Positions 1 through 8,597 of a DNA stretch of 64,000 nucleotides are shown in pieces. Source of the stretch: Vulcanimicrobiota bacterium (GTDB lineage Bacteria; Vulcanimicrobiota; Vulcanimicrobiia; Vulcanimicrobiales; Vulcanimicrobiaceae); the NCBI GenBank assembly GCA_027452165.1, contig DAIDGX010000026.1, positions 13,769 through 77,768 on the forward strand, read 5' to 3'. Positions within the stretch are counted from its first letter, which is position 1, and each line of letters opens with the position of its first letter. Made by a program: the position numbers and the translations under genes. The notes under the pieces are model-generated. The model was given only the letters and a program-made list of their open reading frames with translations. It ran no database searches and was not told the origin of the DNA.

Positions 1-326
1 GGCTGCGCGCGCACATTGCGCTCGCGCAAACCTTCGCAGGGTGGCTCGACGCGCAAGCCGCGTGGGACGTCCTCGCGCCGCACCCGCTCTCGGTGGTCTG
101 TTTCCGTTACCATCCACGCGGCATCGACGACGAGGTTGCGCTGGAGGCGATCAATGCGCGTCTCCTCGAGCGGGTGAACGCGACGGGCGAAATGTTTATT
201 TCGCATACGAAAATCGATGGACGGTACGCGTTGCGGCTCGCGATCGGGAACGCGCGCACGACGTCGGCCGACGTTGAGGCCGCGTGGGCGATTCTGCGGC
301 GTGTGGCCGTGCAGGAGCAAGGATGA
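1..326 (+). CDS. Group II PLP-dependent amino-acid decarboxylase, C-terminal fragment (5' end lies upstream of the window)
   Basis: The frame is open from base 3 to the stop at 324-326. The tail ...VCFRYHPRGIDDEVALEAINARLLERVNATGEMFISHTKIDGRYALRLAIGNARTT... is typical of the C-terminal small domain of aromatic-amino-acid/glutamate-type decarboxylases. Confidence 0.7.
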   Translation, partial: LRAHIALAQTFAGWLDAQAAWDVLAPHPLSVVCFRYHPRGIDDEVALEAINARLLERVNATGEMFISHTKIDGRYALRLAIGNARTTSADVEAAWAILRRVAVQEQG

Positions 327-1402
327 CGAAGGTATCGCAGCGTGAACTCGAAGCGCGGCTCGCCGCGTCGGTGGCGGAGCTCGAGCGTCAGCGAGCGGCC
401 GTCTTGCATGCAAACCAGCTCAAGAACGACCTGATCGCGGTGCTCGCTCACGATATCAAGGGGCCCCTGACCTCGATCATCGGCTTCTCCGAATTGCTTG
501 AAGAAGGCATGCTCGATGGCGATGCCGCAACCGACGCCGCGCGGACGATTCGCACCAACGCGCAGCGGCTTGCGACGCTTACAAACGACGTGCTCGCGCT
601 TTCGCGCGTCGAACATGGCGAGTTCGAGATCAAGGACGAGCGTGTCGATCTGGCTGCGCTCGCGAAGAAGATGGCGGCTCTGCACGGTAGCGAACGCGAT
701 ATCCGGCTGGACGTGGAGCCCAACGCCCTCGTACGCGGCGATGCAGAACGCCTCGAAGCGGCCCTCGACAACTTGCTTCGTAACGCGATCAAATATGCGC
801 CGGCAAGCGAGCCGATCGATCTGTCGGTGGGCCGCGACGGCGACCGCGTCCTTCTGGCGGTGCGCGACCGCGGCATCGGTATTCCCGAAGGTGAGATCGC
901 GGCGATTTTCGATCGCTTCGCTCGTGGTTCGAATGCGCGGCGCGCGAAGATCGTAGGCAGCGGCATCGGGCTCTTCATCGTGAAGACGATCGTGGAACAG
1001 CACGGGGGAAGCATCGAGGTCCAGAGCGTTCTGGATGGCGGAAGCACCTTTACGGTCGTGCTCCCGAGCCTCGAGTCGCGTGAAGCGCATCGAACGGGGC
1101 GCGTGATTCTCGTTACCGCAGACGGCGCGCTCGCGCGCTTCGCCGCGTACGAGTTGCGCATGCGCGGCCTGCGCGTGCGCGAGGCCGCCACCCTTTCAGA
1201 CGCGCTCGATGGCGTTCGTTCGGGCGATATGTTCGTCGTGGATGAGCGCGTTGCTCGCGCGACCGACCTGCGCGCGATGCTGCCGAACGGTCTCGCCGTC
1301 CGTTTGATCGGCCTCACCGAGACGCCCTCGAACGAGTGGGACGTCGCGCTGCGCCAACCCCTCCTGGTCTCGGACCTCGTCGAGGCGCTAGTAGAGCCGT
1401 AG
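323..1402 (+). CDS. Soluble histidine kinase (HisKA + HATPase_c) with a C-terminal receiver-like domain
   Basis: The ATG at 323 overlaps the upstream stop (ATGA). H-box LAHDIKGPLTSIIGFSELL. ATPase boxes LRNAIKYAP, DRGIGIP and GSGIGLFIV. The C-terminal ~110 aa are REC-like (VILVTADG...MFVVDE). No TM or obvious sensor domain. Confidence 0.85.
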   Translation: MTKVSQRELEARLAASVAELERQRAAVLHANQLKNDLIAVLAHDIKGPLTSIIGFSELLEEGMLDGDAATDAARTIRTNAQRLATLTNDVLALSRVEHGEFEIKDERVDLAALAKKMAALHGSERDIRLDVEPNALVRGDAERLEAALDNLLRNAIKYAPASEPIDLSVGRDGDRVLLAVRDRGIGIPEGEIAAIFDRFARGSNARRAKIVGSGIGLFIVKTIVEQHGGSIEVQSVLDGGSTFTVVLPSLESREAHRTGRVILVTADGALARFAAYELRMRGLRVREAATLSDALDGVRSGDMFVVDERVARATDLRAMLPNGLAVRLIGLTETPSNEWDVALRQPLLVSDLVEALVEP

Positions 1403-2701
1403 GTAGGCGCGGTGCTCCCACGGATGCACGGCGCGCCGATAGGATTCGTATTCGGCGAGCTTCGCGTCGCGGAATGCGTGGTAGAGATGATCGCCGAGCG
1501 ACGCTCGCACGACCGCGTCACCGTCGAGTTCGCTGATCGCCTGTCGAAGCGATTTGGGGAGCACGGCGATCCCCGCTTCGCGCCGTTCACGTTCGGTCAA
1601 TCCGTAGGTGCTGCCGCTATACGATGCGCTTGGCAACGTGGTGCGCTGGACCCCGTCGGACGCGGCGCCGAGCAGCACCGCGAGCGCGAGGTAGGGATTG
1701 CACGCTGGATCGGGGCTGCGCATCTCGATCACATGCGGGCGCTGCGCCGCCGGAACGCGCACGAGCGCGTTGGCGCTACGTTCCGACCAGACGGTATAGA
1801 TGGGAGCGTCCCACGCGGCGACCAAGCGCTTGTAAGAGTTGACGGTGGAGTTACAGATAGCCGTCGTCGCCGGTGCGTGGGCGAGTAGGCCGCCGATCGC
1901 GTAGAGCATCGTCTCTTCATCGGCAGTTGCGTTGAGCATGAAGGCGACGTGCATGCCGCTGCCGGCCCGGTCGGCGATCGGCTTCGGCATGAAGGTCGCG
2001 TCGAGGCCGAAGCCCGCGGCAAGGTGCTTGGCGACGGTCCGTAACGTCAGCACGTTGTCCGCCGCGGCGAGCGGATCGCAGGGCGCGAAGTCGATCTCGT
2101 GCTGGCCGGCACCGTGTTCGTGATGTGCCGAGGCGATACGCATGCCCATCGCGCTGAGCGCAGCAACGATCGCGTTGCGCGCGTCTTCGCCGCGATCGTT
2201 CGCCGAGAAATCAAAGTACGACCCGACGTCGGCGGTGCGCGTCGAATCGTACTCGCTAGCATCGCGCTCAAACAGGTAAAACTCGGCTTCGATGCCGATC
2301 TGTAACCCGGGGAGAACCTGTTGCGCGTCTTCGATTGCGCGGCGCAGCGTGCTGCGCGGGCAGCCTTCGAAAGGTGCGCCGTCCGACATGGCGATGTCGC
2401 AGATCAAGCGCGCTTCGCCGTTCTCGGGCGTGGACCACGGATAGAGTGCGAACGTGGCGGGATCTGGTCGCAGCACCATGTCGAGCTCTTCGCCGCGCAC
2501 AAAACCATCGATCGATCCTCCATCGAAGGTGACGTGGCCGTCGAACGCCGCTTCGAGCTCGCTTGAGGGAATCGAAACGTTCTTACTGACGCCGAAGATG
2601 TCGGCGAAGACCAAGCGCACAAAGCGCACGTTGCGCTCTTTAGCAATCTTGATCGCGTCACGCCGCGTAAGCGCCGGGTGGTGTTTAGGTGTGGAGTGCA
2701 T
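1388..2701 (-). CDS. Glutamine synthetase family protein (type I fold). It could be a true GS or a gamma-glutamyl-amine ligase.
   Basis: 437 aa. Motifs FDGGSIDGF, CPRSTLRR and KP...GSGMHVAF. Its 3' end overlaps the kinase 3' end by 15 nt (convergent). Confidence 0.8.
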   Translation of the reverse strand: MHSTPKHHPALTRRDAIKIAKERNVRFVRLVFADIFGVSKNVSIPSSELEAAFDGHVTFDGGSIDGFVRGEELDMVLRPDPATFALYPWSTPENGEARLICDIAMSDGAPFEGCPRSTLRRAIEDAQQVLPGLQIGIEAEFYLFERDASEYDSTRTADVGSYFDFSANDRGEDARNAIVAALSAMGMRIASAHHEHGAGQHEIDFAPCDPLAAADNVLTLRTVAKHLAAGFGLDATFMPKPIADRAGSGMHVAFMLNATADEETMLYAIGGLLAHAPATTAICNSTVNSYKRLVAAWDAPIYTVWSERSANALVRVPAAQRPHVIEMRSPDPACNPYLALAVLLGAASDGVQRTTLPSASYSGSTYGLTERERREAGIAVLPKSLRQAISELDGDAVVRASLGDHLYHAFRDAKLAEYESYRRAVHPWEHRAYLRLY

Positions 2702-3812
2702 CGATGGCCATCGCTAAGCGGAGGGTGAGTTGATCGTGCTGATCCTCGAGCGTACGCCCGGTGATCTCGCCGATTTGCCGTAGACGGTAGAAGACGGTAT
2801 GACGGTGCACGTTCAACGTGCCTGCCGCCGTTTTGACGTTCTGACCGCTGGCAAAATAGATGCGCAGGGTGCGCTCGAGTTCGGTTTGGTGCTTCTCGTC
2901 GTACGCTCGAAGCGGCAGCAGTACCACGTTCGCGAAGCCGCGTAGCTCTTCGACCGGTGCGCCGCGGTAGAGCATGGGGTATGCGCCGAGTTCGTCGGTC
3001 GAGCAGATGCTGCCGGCGCCGCGCATGCGCCGGACGATCGCAAGGGCGGACTCCGCCTCGCCGATGCCGCGGGCAAGATCGAGCAGCGGGATCGGTCCTG
3101 CAAATCCGCCGGTAACGCGTAAGCCCGGCCGCCGTTTCGCCGCGCCCTTGGGAAGCAGTTGCGCGGCGGTGCGCGCGCGCGCCGCATCGACTTCGCGCTC
3201 GGAGGGAATCAAGACGACGAGCGCCGCGCCGCGCTCCACCATCCCAAGCTCCGCATCGCCGCTACGAAACGTCTCTGAGGCGATCGCACGCAGGTCGGGC
3301 AACGGCTGTGGCTCACCCTCGGCGCTCTCGGCTTCGAGCGCCGCGCAGCAGTAGTGCGTTGCGAGCACGATGCCCCGTGCGGCGGCGTCGTCGCGCGCGG
3401 CGCCCAGGTCGTGGTAGGACGAGCTCGCGAGCGCCTCCCAAAACGAACTGCGGCGCGTGCGTGCGCCGCTGCCGTCGCGTGCGAGTTCGACCGAGATTGC
3501 CGAGGCGGTAAGGCGCGCCGGGAGCTCGAGCGCATCGAGCGCCGGCCCAGCAGCTACGATCGTGAGGTAGCCGAGCGGCACGTCACCGGGACCGATCGGC
3601 ACCGTACGCATGATGCGCTCGTCGCGAACGCGTGCGGACGATGGAAGCGTACCGCGCCCGGCGCTTGCCAGGGGGCGCCACTGCGCGTCCTCGATGAGCA
3701 CGCCGCTACCCGTCCGGTCGGCGAGGAAGGCGGAAAGCGCTTTCGCGCCGCCGCCCGAAGCCGCCACGCGGGCGAGCCCCTCAGCGAACTCGACGAGCTG
3801 GTCGGGAGTCAT
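2685..3812 (-). CDS. PucR-family transcriptional regulator
   Basis: C-terminal PucR-type HTH (LERTLRIYFASGQNVKTAAGTLNVHRHTVFYRLRQIGEITGRTL). The stop overlaps the GS-family start by 17 nt, which implies an operon. Confidence 0.8.
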   Translation of the reverse strand: MTPDQLVEFAEGLARVAASGGGAKALSAFLADRTGSGVLIEDAQWRPLASAGRGTLPSSARVRDERIMRTVPIGPGDVPLGYLTIVAAGPALDALELPARLTASAISVELARDGSGARTRRSSFWEALASSSYHDLGAARDDAAARGIVLATHYCCAALEAESAEGEPQPLPDLRAIASETFRSGDAELGMVERGAALVVLIPSEREVDAARARTAAQLLPKGAAKRRPGLRVTGGFAGPIPLLDLARGIGEAESALAIVRRMRGAGSICSTDELGAYPMLYRGAPVEELRGFANVVLLPLRAYDEKHQTELERTLRIYFASGQNVKTAAGTLNVHRHTVFYRLRQIGEITGRTLEDQHDQLTLRLAMAIDALHT

Positions 3813-5664
3813 GCTTGCGTGGTTCGGCGAAGAAGGCGTACGTTCTTGGAAGGATATGGACGCAGCTGACTTTCGCGAGGTCGTCTCCTCGCTCTTCGAC
3901 GATACACCCGATGCCGTCGTCCTCTACGATGGCGCGGGCCGTGCCATCGGCGCAAACGAGGCGGCGCAACTGCTCACCGGCTACGCCGGCAACCAGATCA
4001 TCGGCTCGTCATATCGCGACCACGTCGCCTCGCGTGATTACGACCGGGTCGATCTTGCTTTGCAGACGGCGCTCGCCGGCGGGACCGACCACTTCGATAC
4101 AAGCGTGCGCCACAAAGACGGCTCCATCGTCCCGGTCGAGTGCTACGTATTTCCGGCGGTCGTCGGTGGCAAGATCGTCGGCGTCTTCGCTCAGGCGCGC
4201 GACATCGTCGCGCTACGCTCGGCCGAAGCTTCGCTGACCTTCAATCAAGAGAAGTTCCGATCGCTCTTCGAGTACCACCCCGACGGAATCATGGAGGTGA
4301 AGGCCGACGGAACGATCTCGCGTGTGAACGTCGCGCTCGAGAGCGAGACGGGTTTCTACGGCGAGCAATTGGTGGGCAAGCAGTGGACGGAACTCGTAAC
4401 GCCGGAGGTGCGTGAGGATGCCGATGAGTTGTTACGCTCGGCGCTGCGTGGCGAAGCGGTTGAGCGCGATAGTTTCCTGCTCGACCGCTTGGGGAATCGC
4501 ATCGACGTGCAACTCAAACTCGTTCCGCTGCGCGTGGGCGAGACGATTCGTGGCGCCTATGCGATCCTCAAAAATGCAAGCGCACAGAAGACGGCCGAAC
4601 GTGCGATCGCCGCGCGCAGCGAGCAGATCCGTCGCCTGTATATGGTCGCGGCCTCGCGCGCTGAGTCGCTCGACGAGCAGATCGATGCGACGCTCGCCCT
4701 CGGCATCGAGCTCTTTGGCTGGGATGAAGGCTACATCGTTCACTTCGCAAAGGACCGCCTCGAGATCCGCAACACGGTCGGATCGGGTCTCCTCAACAAA
4801 GGGGCAACCTATCCGCTGCAGGCGTCGTTCGCGCGCTACGTGCTGGAACCGGGGCGCCGGCAGATATTCATTCGCGATACGGACGAACCTCGCTGGTGCG
4901 ATGATCCCGCGCGTGCCATCGGACCGTGGCGCGCGTACTTCATCGTCGCGTTAGACGTAGGCGACGAAGCCTACGGCGCGCTCGTCTTTGCGGCGCGTTC
5001 GCCCCACTACGAAGAGATCGATCCGGGTGAGCGTGACATGCTGCAACTGATGGGGCTCTTTGCCGCTGCCGCGATCGAGCGCGCCGTGCAGGGGGAACGC
5101 ATCGAACAGATGGCGTTCAACGATCCGCTCACGGGCTTGCCGAACCGGGTGCTCTTCAACGACCGTATCGAGCATACGCTCGCGACTGCCCGCCGGTACG
5201 AGCGTGGCTTTGCGGTCATGTATCTCGACGTCGATAAGTTCAAGGCGGTCAACGACAAGTACGGCCATGCGGTCGGTGACGCGGCGCTCAAGGAGGTAGC
5301 GCTGCGCTTGCGTGCTACCACGCGCGAGAGCGACACGGTTTCGCGCTTCGGCGGCGACGAGTTCGTCATCTTGCAGCCGATCGTCGATGGCCCAAGCGAT
5401 GCGGCGGATCTCGCGCGCAAGCTGAACGTTGCGATGCAGGAGCCGATCGTCATCGACGGCGTGCCGCACCGTGTTTCGGTTAGCGTTGGCATCGCGCTCT
5501 TTCCATCGGACGGCGAGACGATCGCGCAACTCACCGAGGCGGCCGATCGGGCGCTGTACCGGGCCAAGCGCGAGGGGCGTAATCGTTGGTACTTCGCTAA
5601 TGCGGATTTCGCGCGTGGCGAGTTACGTAAGACGCGCTTTCGCCGCCGGGAAGCGATCGAATAA
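3811..5664 (+). CDS. PAS-PAS-GAF-GGDEF diguanylate cyclase
   Basis: Intact GGDEF motif (RFGGDEF) with an RxxD I-site (RESD) 5 aa upstream. Two PAS-like segments and a GAF-like segment lie N-terminal. The start is uncertain. The ATG at 3811 overlaps the divergent PucR start (CATG). The alternative is the ATG at 3856 (MDAADF). Confidence 0.85.
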   Translation: MLAWFGEEGVRSWKDMDAADFREVVSSLFDDTPDAVVLYDGAGRAIGANEAAQLLTGYAGNQIIGSSYRDHVASRDYDRVDLALQTALAGGTDHFDTSVRHKDGSIVPVECYVFPAVVGGKIVGVFAQARDIVALRSAEASLTFNQEKFRSLFEYHPDGIMEVKADGTISRVNVALESETGFYGEQLVGKQWTELVTPEVREDADELLRSALRGEAVERDSFLLDRLGNRIDVQLKLVPLRVGETIRGAYAILKNASAQKTAERAIAARSEQIRRLYMVAASRAESLDEQIDATLALGIELFGWDEGYIVHFAKDRLEIRNTVGSGLLNKGATYPLQASFARYVLEPGRRQIFIRDTDEPRWCDDPARAIGPWRAYFIVALDVGDEAYGALVFAARSPHYEEIDPGERDMLQLMGLFAAAAIERAVQGERIEQMAFNDPLTGLPNRVLFNDRIEHTLATARRYERGFAVMYLDVDKFKAVNDKYGHAVGDAALKEVALRLRATTRESDTVSRFGGDEFVILQPIVDGPSDAADLARKLNVAMQEPIVIDGVPHRVSVSVGIALFPSDGETIAQLTEAADRALYRAKREGRNRWYFANADFARGELRKTRFRRREAIE

Positions 5665-5679
5665 CGATCGTACGCGAGG

Positions 5680-6993
5680 TCAGCCCGTCGGTGCCGGAAA
5701 GAATTGCTGAATCGTCGAGACGACGGTCAGAACGCCGACGATGATGACGGTCGCCCAGGCGATCGTATTGAAGATCACGCCGTTGGTCCACGTTCCCATG
5801 ATGCGCTTGTTGTTGATGAGTAGAAGCATCAAGACGAGCACGATCGGGAGCAAGACGCCATTGAGGACCTGCGAGTAAAAAATGATCGCAAGAAGCGGCG
5901 AGTGTGGGATCAACACGACGCCGCCGCCGATGACGATCAGGGACAGGTAGAGTCCGTAGAAGATCGGCGCCTGTTTGAACGAATTATCGACGCCGCGTTC
6001 GAACCCAAAGGCCTCGCACACGTAGTAGGCGGTCGAGAGCGGAAGGATCGACGCGGTGAAGATCGCCGCGTTGAGCAGCCCGATTGCAAAGAGCAGCGAC
6101 GAGAATTTTCCGGCGAGCGGGGCGAGCGCGGCGGCCACGTCGCCCGCGTCATTGATTTGGAGCGGGTGAACCGCGTGCAGATTATGCAGATAGATGGTCG
6201 CGGCGCTCGAGACGATGATGAAGAACGCGATGATGTCCGTGATGACCGAACCGACGACGACGTCGATACGGCTGTAGTGGTAATCCGCCTTTGTCACGCC
6301 CTTGTCGACCACCGCGGACTGAATGTAAAATTGCATCCATGGCGAGATCGTCGTGCCGATTACGCCGATCGCCATCAAGAGATAGGCGCTCGTTGGGGTA
6401 AAATGCGGGAAGAACGTTTGTTGCGTGACCGCATGCCAGTCGGGGTGGACCAGAACTCCGCTCACGACGTACGAGAGATAGACGATGCAGAAAGCGAAAA
6501 AGACGCGTTCCACGACCTTATAACTGCCGCGCGTGACGGTGATAAAGACAAATGCGGCCGCCAGCGGCACGAGCAGAAACTTCGAGAGAAGCGGTACGTA
6601 GGTTTGGAGGATCGGCGCCGCCGAAGCGATGCCGGCGAATTCGGCCGCCGTGTTGCCAAGGTCGCCGAATACGAAGAGCGCCAAGACCCAGAACGTCACC
6701 TTGACGCCGAAATTCTCGCGGATGAGATCGGCGAGTCCCTTGCCCGTGATCGCGCCCATACGCGCGCACATCTCTTGGGTGACGATGAGAGCGACGGTTA
6801 CCGGGATGAGTAGCCAAAGCAACGTGTAGCCGAACTGCGCTCCGGCAAGCGAGTAGGTGGTGATGCCGCCGACGTCGTTGTCGGCGTTGGCCGTGATAAT
6901 CCCGGGGCCGATGATCGAAAGGAACATCAATGCCGAGCGCATCCACATGCGCAAGCGCGGCTTCGGCGAGAGTGCGGGCGGCAATGCTTGCAT
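5680..6993 (-). CDS. NRAMP/SLC11-family transporter with a non-canonical metal site (NRMT-like, putative Mg2+ transporter)
   Basis: 437 aa, about 11 TM. The NRAMP TM1 signature GPGIITANADNDVGG reads D-V-G-G where canonical MntH has D-P-G-N. TM6 reads GTTISPW where canonical has GA.VMPH. The gene lies 6 nt downstream of the MgtE-N/CBS gene, behind an M-box. Confidence 0.9.
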   Translation of the reverse strand: MQALPPALSPKPRLRMWMRSALMFLSIIGPGIITANADNDVGGITTYSLAGAQFGYTLLWLLIPVTVALIVTQEMCARMGAITGKGLADLIRENFGVKVTFWVLALFVFGDLGNTAAEFAGIASAAPILQTYVPLLSKFLLVPLAAAFVFITVTRGSYKVVERVFFAFCIVYLSYVVSGVLVHPDWHAVTQQTFFPHFTPTSAYLLMAIGVIGTTISPWMQFYIQSAVVDKGVTKADYHYSRIDVVVGSVITDIIAFFIIVSSAATIYLHNLHAVHPLQINDAGDVAAALAPLAGKFSSLLFAIGLLNAAIFTASILPLSTAYYVCEAFGFERGVDNSFKQAPIFYGLYLSLIVIGGGVVLIPHSPLLAIIFYSQVLNGVLLPIVLVLMLLLINNKRIMGTWTNGVIFNTIAWATVIIVGVLTVVSTIQQFFPAPTG

Positions 6994-6999
6994 GACGCG

Positions 7000-8292
7000 T
7001 TAGCTGTCCTTCGTTGCGCGCACGGCGTGCCGGGTGATCTTGGGAAGGCGTTTTGCGAGGTCGGCAGGCATGATCGCGTCGATCGCGTCATCGACGGTGA
7101 CGATGCCGAGCATTCGTCCCTGAGCATCGACGACCGGTGCGGCGAGCATGTCGTACCGCGCGATCGTCGCGGCCACTTCATCGGCCGGCGTATCGGGCTG
7201 GATCGTGACGACGTCGGACTGCATGATCGAATCGATGCTCGCCTGTGGATCCGCGAGCAAGAGCGTGCGAAGACTCAAGACGCCGAGCAATAAGTCGCTC
7301 TTATCGACGACGTAGAGGTAGTAGATGAACTCGGAGGTCGGTGCGATTTCGCGAATCTTTCGGATCGTCGCCTCGGCCGTACGATGCGGAAATATCCACG
7401 TATAGTCGGTCGTCATCAATCCGCCGGCTGAATCCTCGGGGTATTGCACGAGCGCGCGCAACTCGCTTGCCGTGTATTCGTTCATCTCGGCGAGCAGCTC
7501 TTGTTGGCGGTCTTCGTCGAGTTCGGCGAGGAGATCGGCTGCGTCGTCGGCGTCCATCTCTTCGATGATGTCCGCGGCGCGTTCGGTGCCGATATCTTCG
7601 ATCAGCGAGCGCTGCGTGTCGGCGTCGAGATGCTCGAAGGCGTCCGCTGCGGTCTCGTCGTCAAGTTGGCGGACGACGGCGGCGGCTTCGCGCGTGGAGA
7701 GGTCGCCGATGATCTCGGCGAGCTCCGAGGGGTGCAGACGTGCGAGCTTGCTCTCTTTGACCGAGAGGCTGACCTGGGCGGGGTTGTTCTCGCGGATCGG
7801 CGCAACGGAATCCCACGCGATCATCGCGCGCGGGATCGAACGATAGATTCCCGGCGTGAAGCGTTTGCCGAACGACTTTAACCCGAGGCGGCGCAGCAAG
7901 CCCGCAACGCCCACATCGGCGGCGACCACACGCAGTGCGTTGCCCGCGCGTGCGATTTCCAAATCGTTGATGCGTACGACCTTACGGCCATCGACATCGA
8001 CGATCTGCTTATCGAGCAAGTCGGCGATCAAATAGAGGGCATCTTGCTCGGGTGGCGCGGGCTCTTTCGGTGTGGTCGTGAGGGCGATCGATCCCTGCGC
8101 ATCAACGTCGCCGACGGTCTCGATCGGTGCGTAGCGCGCCCCCTGCGACGTCTTGATGACCAGACCGTCGATTTTTGGGAAGACGTCGTCGGGCTTGTTC
8201 ACGAGAAAATCGGTCACTTTGCCGATCGGGATGTCGTTGACGGTCGCCTTACGCCCGACGAGTTCGGAAATGAAGCCTTCCGCGAACGCCAT
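7000..8292 (-). CDS. Soluble PRC-barrel + MgtE N-terminal domain + CBS-pair protein (MgtE cytoplasmic module without the membrane pore)
   Basis: 430 aa. The N-terminus is PRC-barrel-like (GKVTDFLVNKPDDVFPKIDGLVIK). The acidic helical MgtE_N region reads LHPSELAEIIGDLSTREAAAVVRQLDDETAADAFEHLDADT...DAADLLAELDEDRQQELLAEM. Two CBS motifs follow. There are no TM helices. SD GGGGAGG lies 9 nt upstream of the ATG. Confidence 0.85.
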   Translation of the reverse strand: MAFAEGFISELVGRKATVNDIPIGKVTDFLVNKPDDVFPKIDGLVIKTSQGARYAPIETVGDVDAQGSIALTTTPKEPAPPEQDALYLIADLLDKQIVDVDGRKVVRINDLEIARAGNALRVVAADVGVAGLLRRLGLKSFGKRFTPGIYRSIPRAMIAWDSVAPIRENNPAQVSLSVKESKLARLHPSELAEIIGDLSTREAAAVVRQLDDETAADAFEHLDADTQRSLIEDIGTERAADIIEEMDADDAADLLAELDEDRQQELLAEMNEYTASELRALVQYPEDSAGGLMTTDYTWIFPHRTAEATIRKIREIAPTSEFIYYLYVVDKSDLLLGVLSLRTLLLADPQASIDSIMQSDVVTIQPDTPADEVAATIARYDMLAAPVVDAQGRMLGIVTVDDAIDAIMPADLAKRLPKITRHAVRATKDS

Positions 8293-8324
8293 GCTGCACT
8301 ACCTCCCCTCTCATCAGTCGCCAC

Positions 8325-8358
8325 AAAGAAAACGCCGTCCACCTCGTCGGTGTCGGCG
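8325..8358 (-). terminator. Intrinsic terminator that forms the expression platform of the M-box riboswitch
   Basis: The minus strand reads CGCCGACACC-GACGA-GGUGGACGGCG followed by UUUUCUUU. It lies between the aptamer and the SD/ATG of the 7000-8292 gene. Confidence 0.6.
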
Positions 8359-8387
8359 CGAAAGAGAAGAGAACCAAGCGGTCGTCC

Positions 8388-8560
8388 TACCCCATCGTCC
8401 GAGCTTTGGCACCACGCGTCGTAGAGGGCTCGCCTTTCGAGCCTCAGCCGCGTTAGACACCGCCTTAGCTCGGCGTAGTCTGTTCTACCTCACTTGGCGT
8501 CTCTCGACGTTTCGGGGCAGCGGCTTGTGTATCGCGTGGACGCCTCACCTAGCGAGGTAT
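8388..8560 (-). promoter_or_regulatory. M-box (ykoK leader) Mg2+-sensing riboswitch aptamer
   Basis: The minus strand reads CCUCGCUAGGUGAGGCG...AUAC...GCCGCUGCCCCGAAACGUCGAGAGACGCCAAGUGAGGUAGAACAG...GCUAAGGCGGUG...UAACGCGGCUGAGG...GUGCCAAAGCUCGGACGAUGGGG. This matches, block by block, the B. subtilis mgtE M-box as I recall it (GUUAGGUGAGGCU...GCUGCUGCCCAAAAAUGUCCAAAGACGCUAAUGGGUCAACAG...AUAAGGUGAU...UAAUGCAGCUGGAUG...GUGCUAAAGCUCUACGAUUGAAG). Confidence 0.9.
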
Positions 8561-8597
8561 CCTCATCTTAGTATAGGTGGCGCGGTCAACCCTGGAG

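Noticed and set aside
107-1590. Long minus-strand ORFs (107-1090, 448-1590) antisense to the histidine kinase gene.
   Set aside because: Their composition is Arg/Ala/Ser/Pro-rich and low-complexity, with no recognisable motifs. They fully overlap a gene that has clear HisKA/HATPase motifs. These are typical shadow ORFs of GC-rich DNA.
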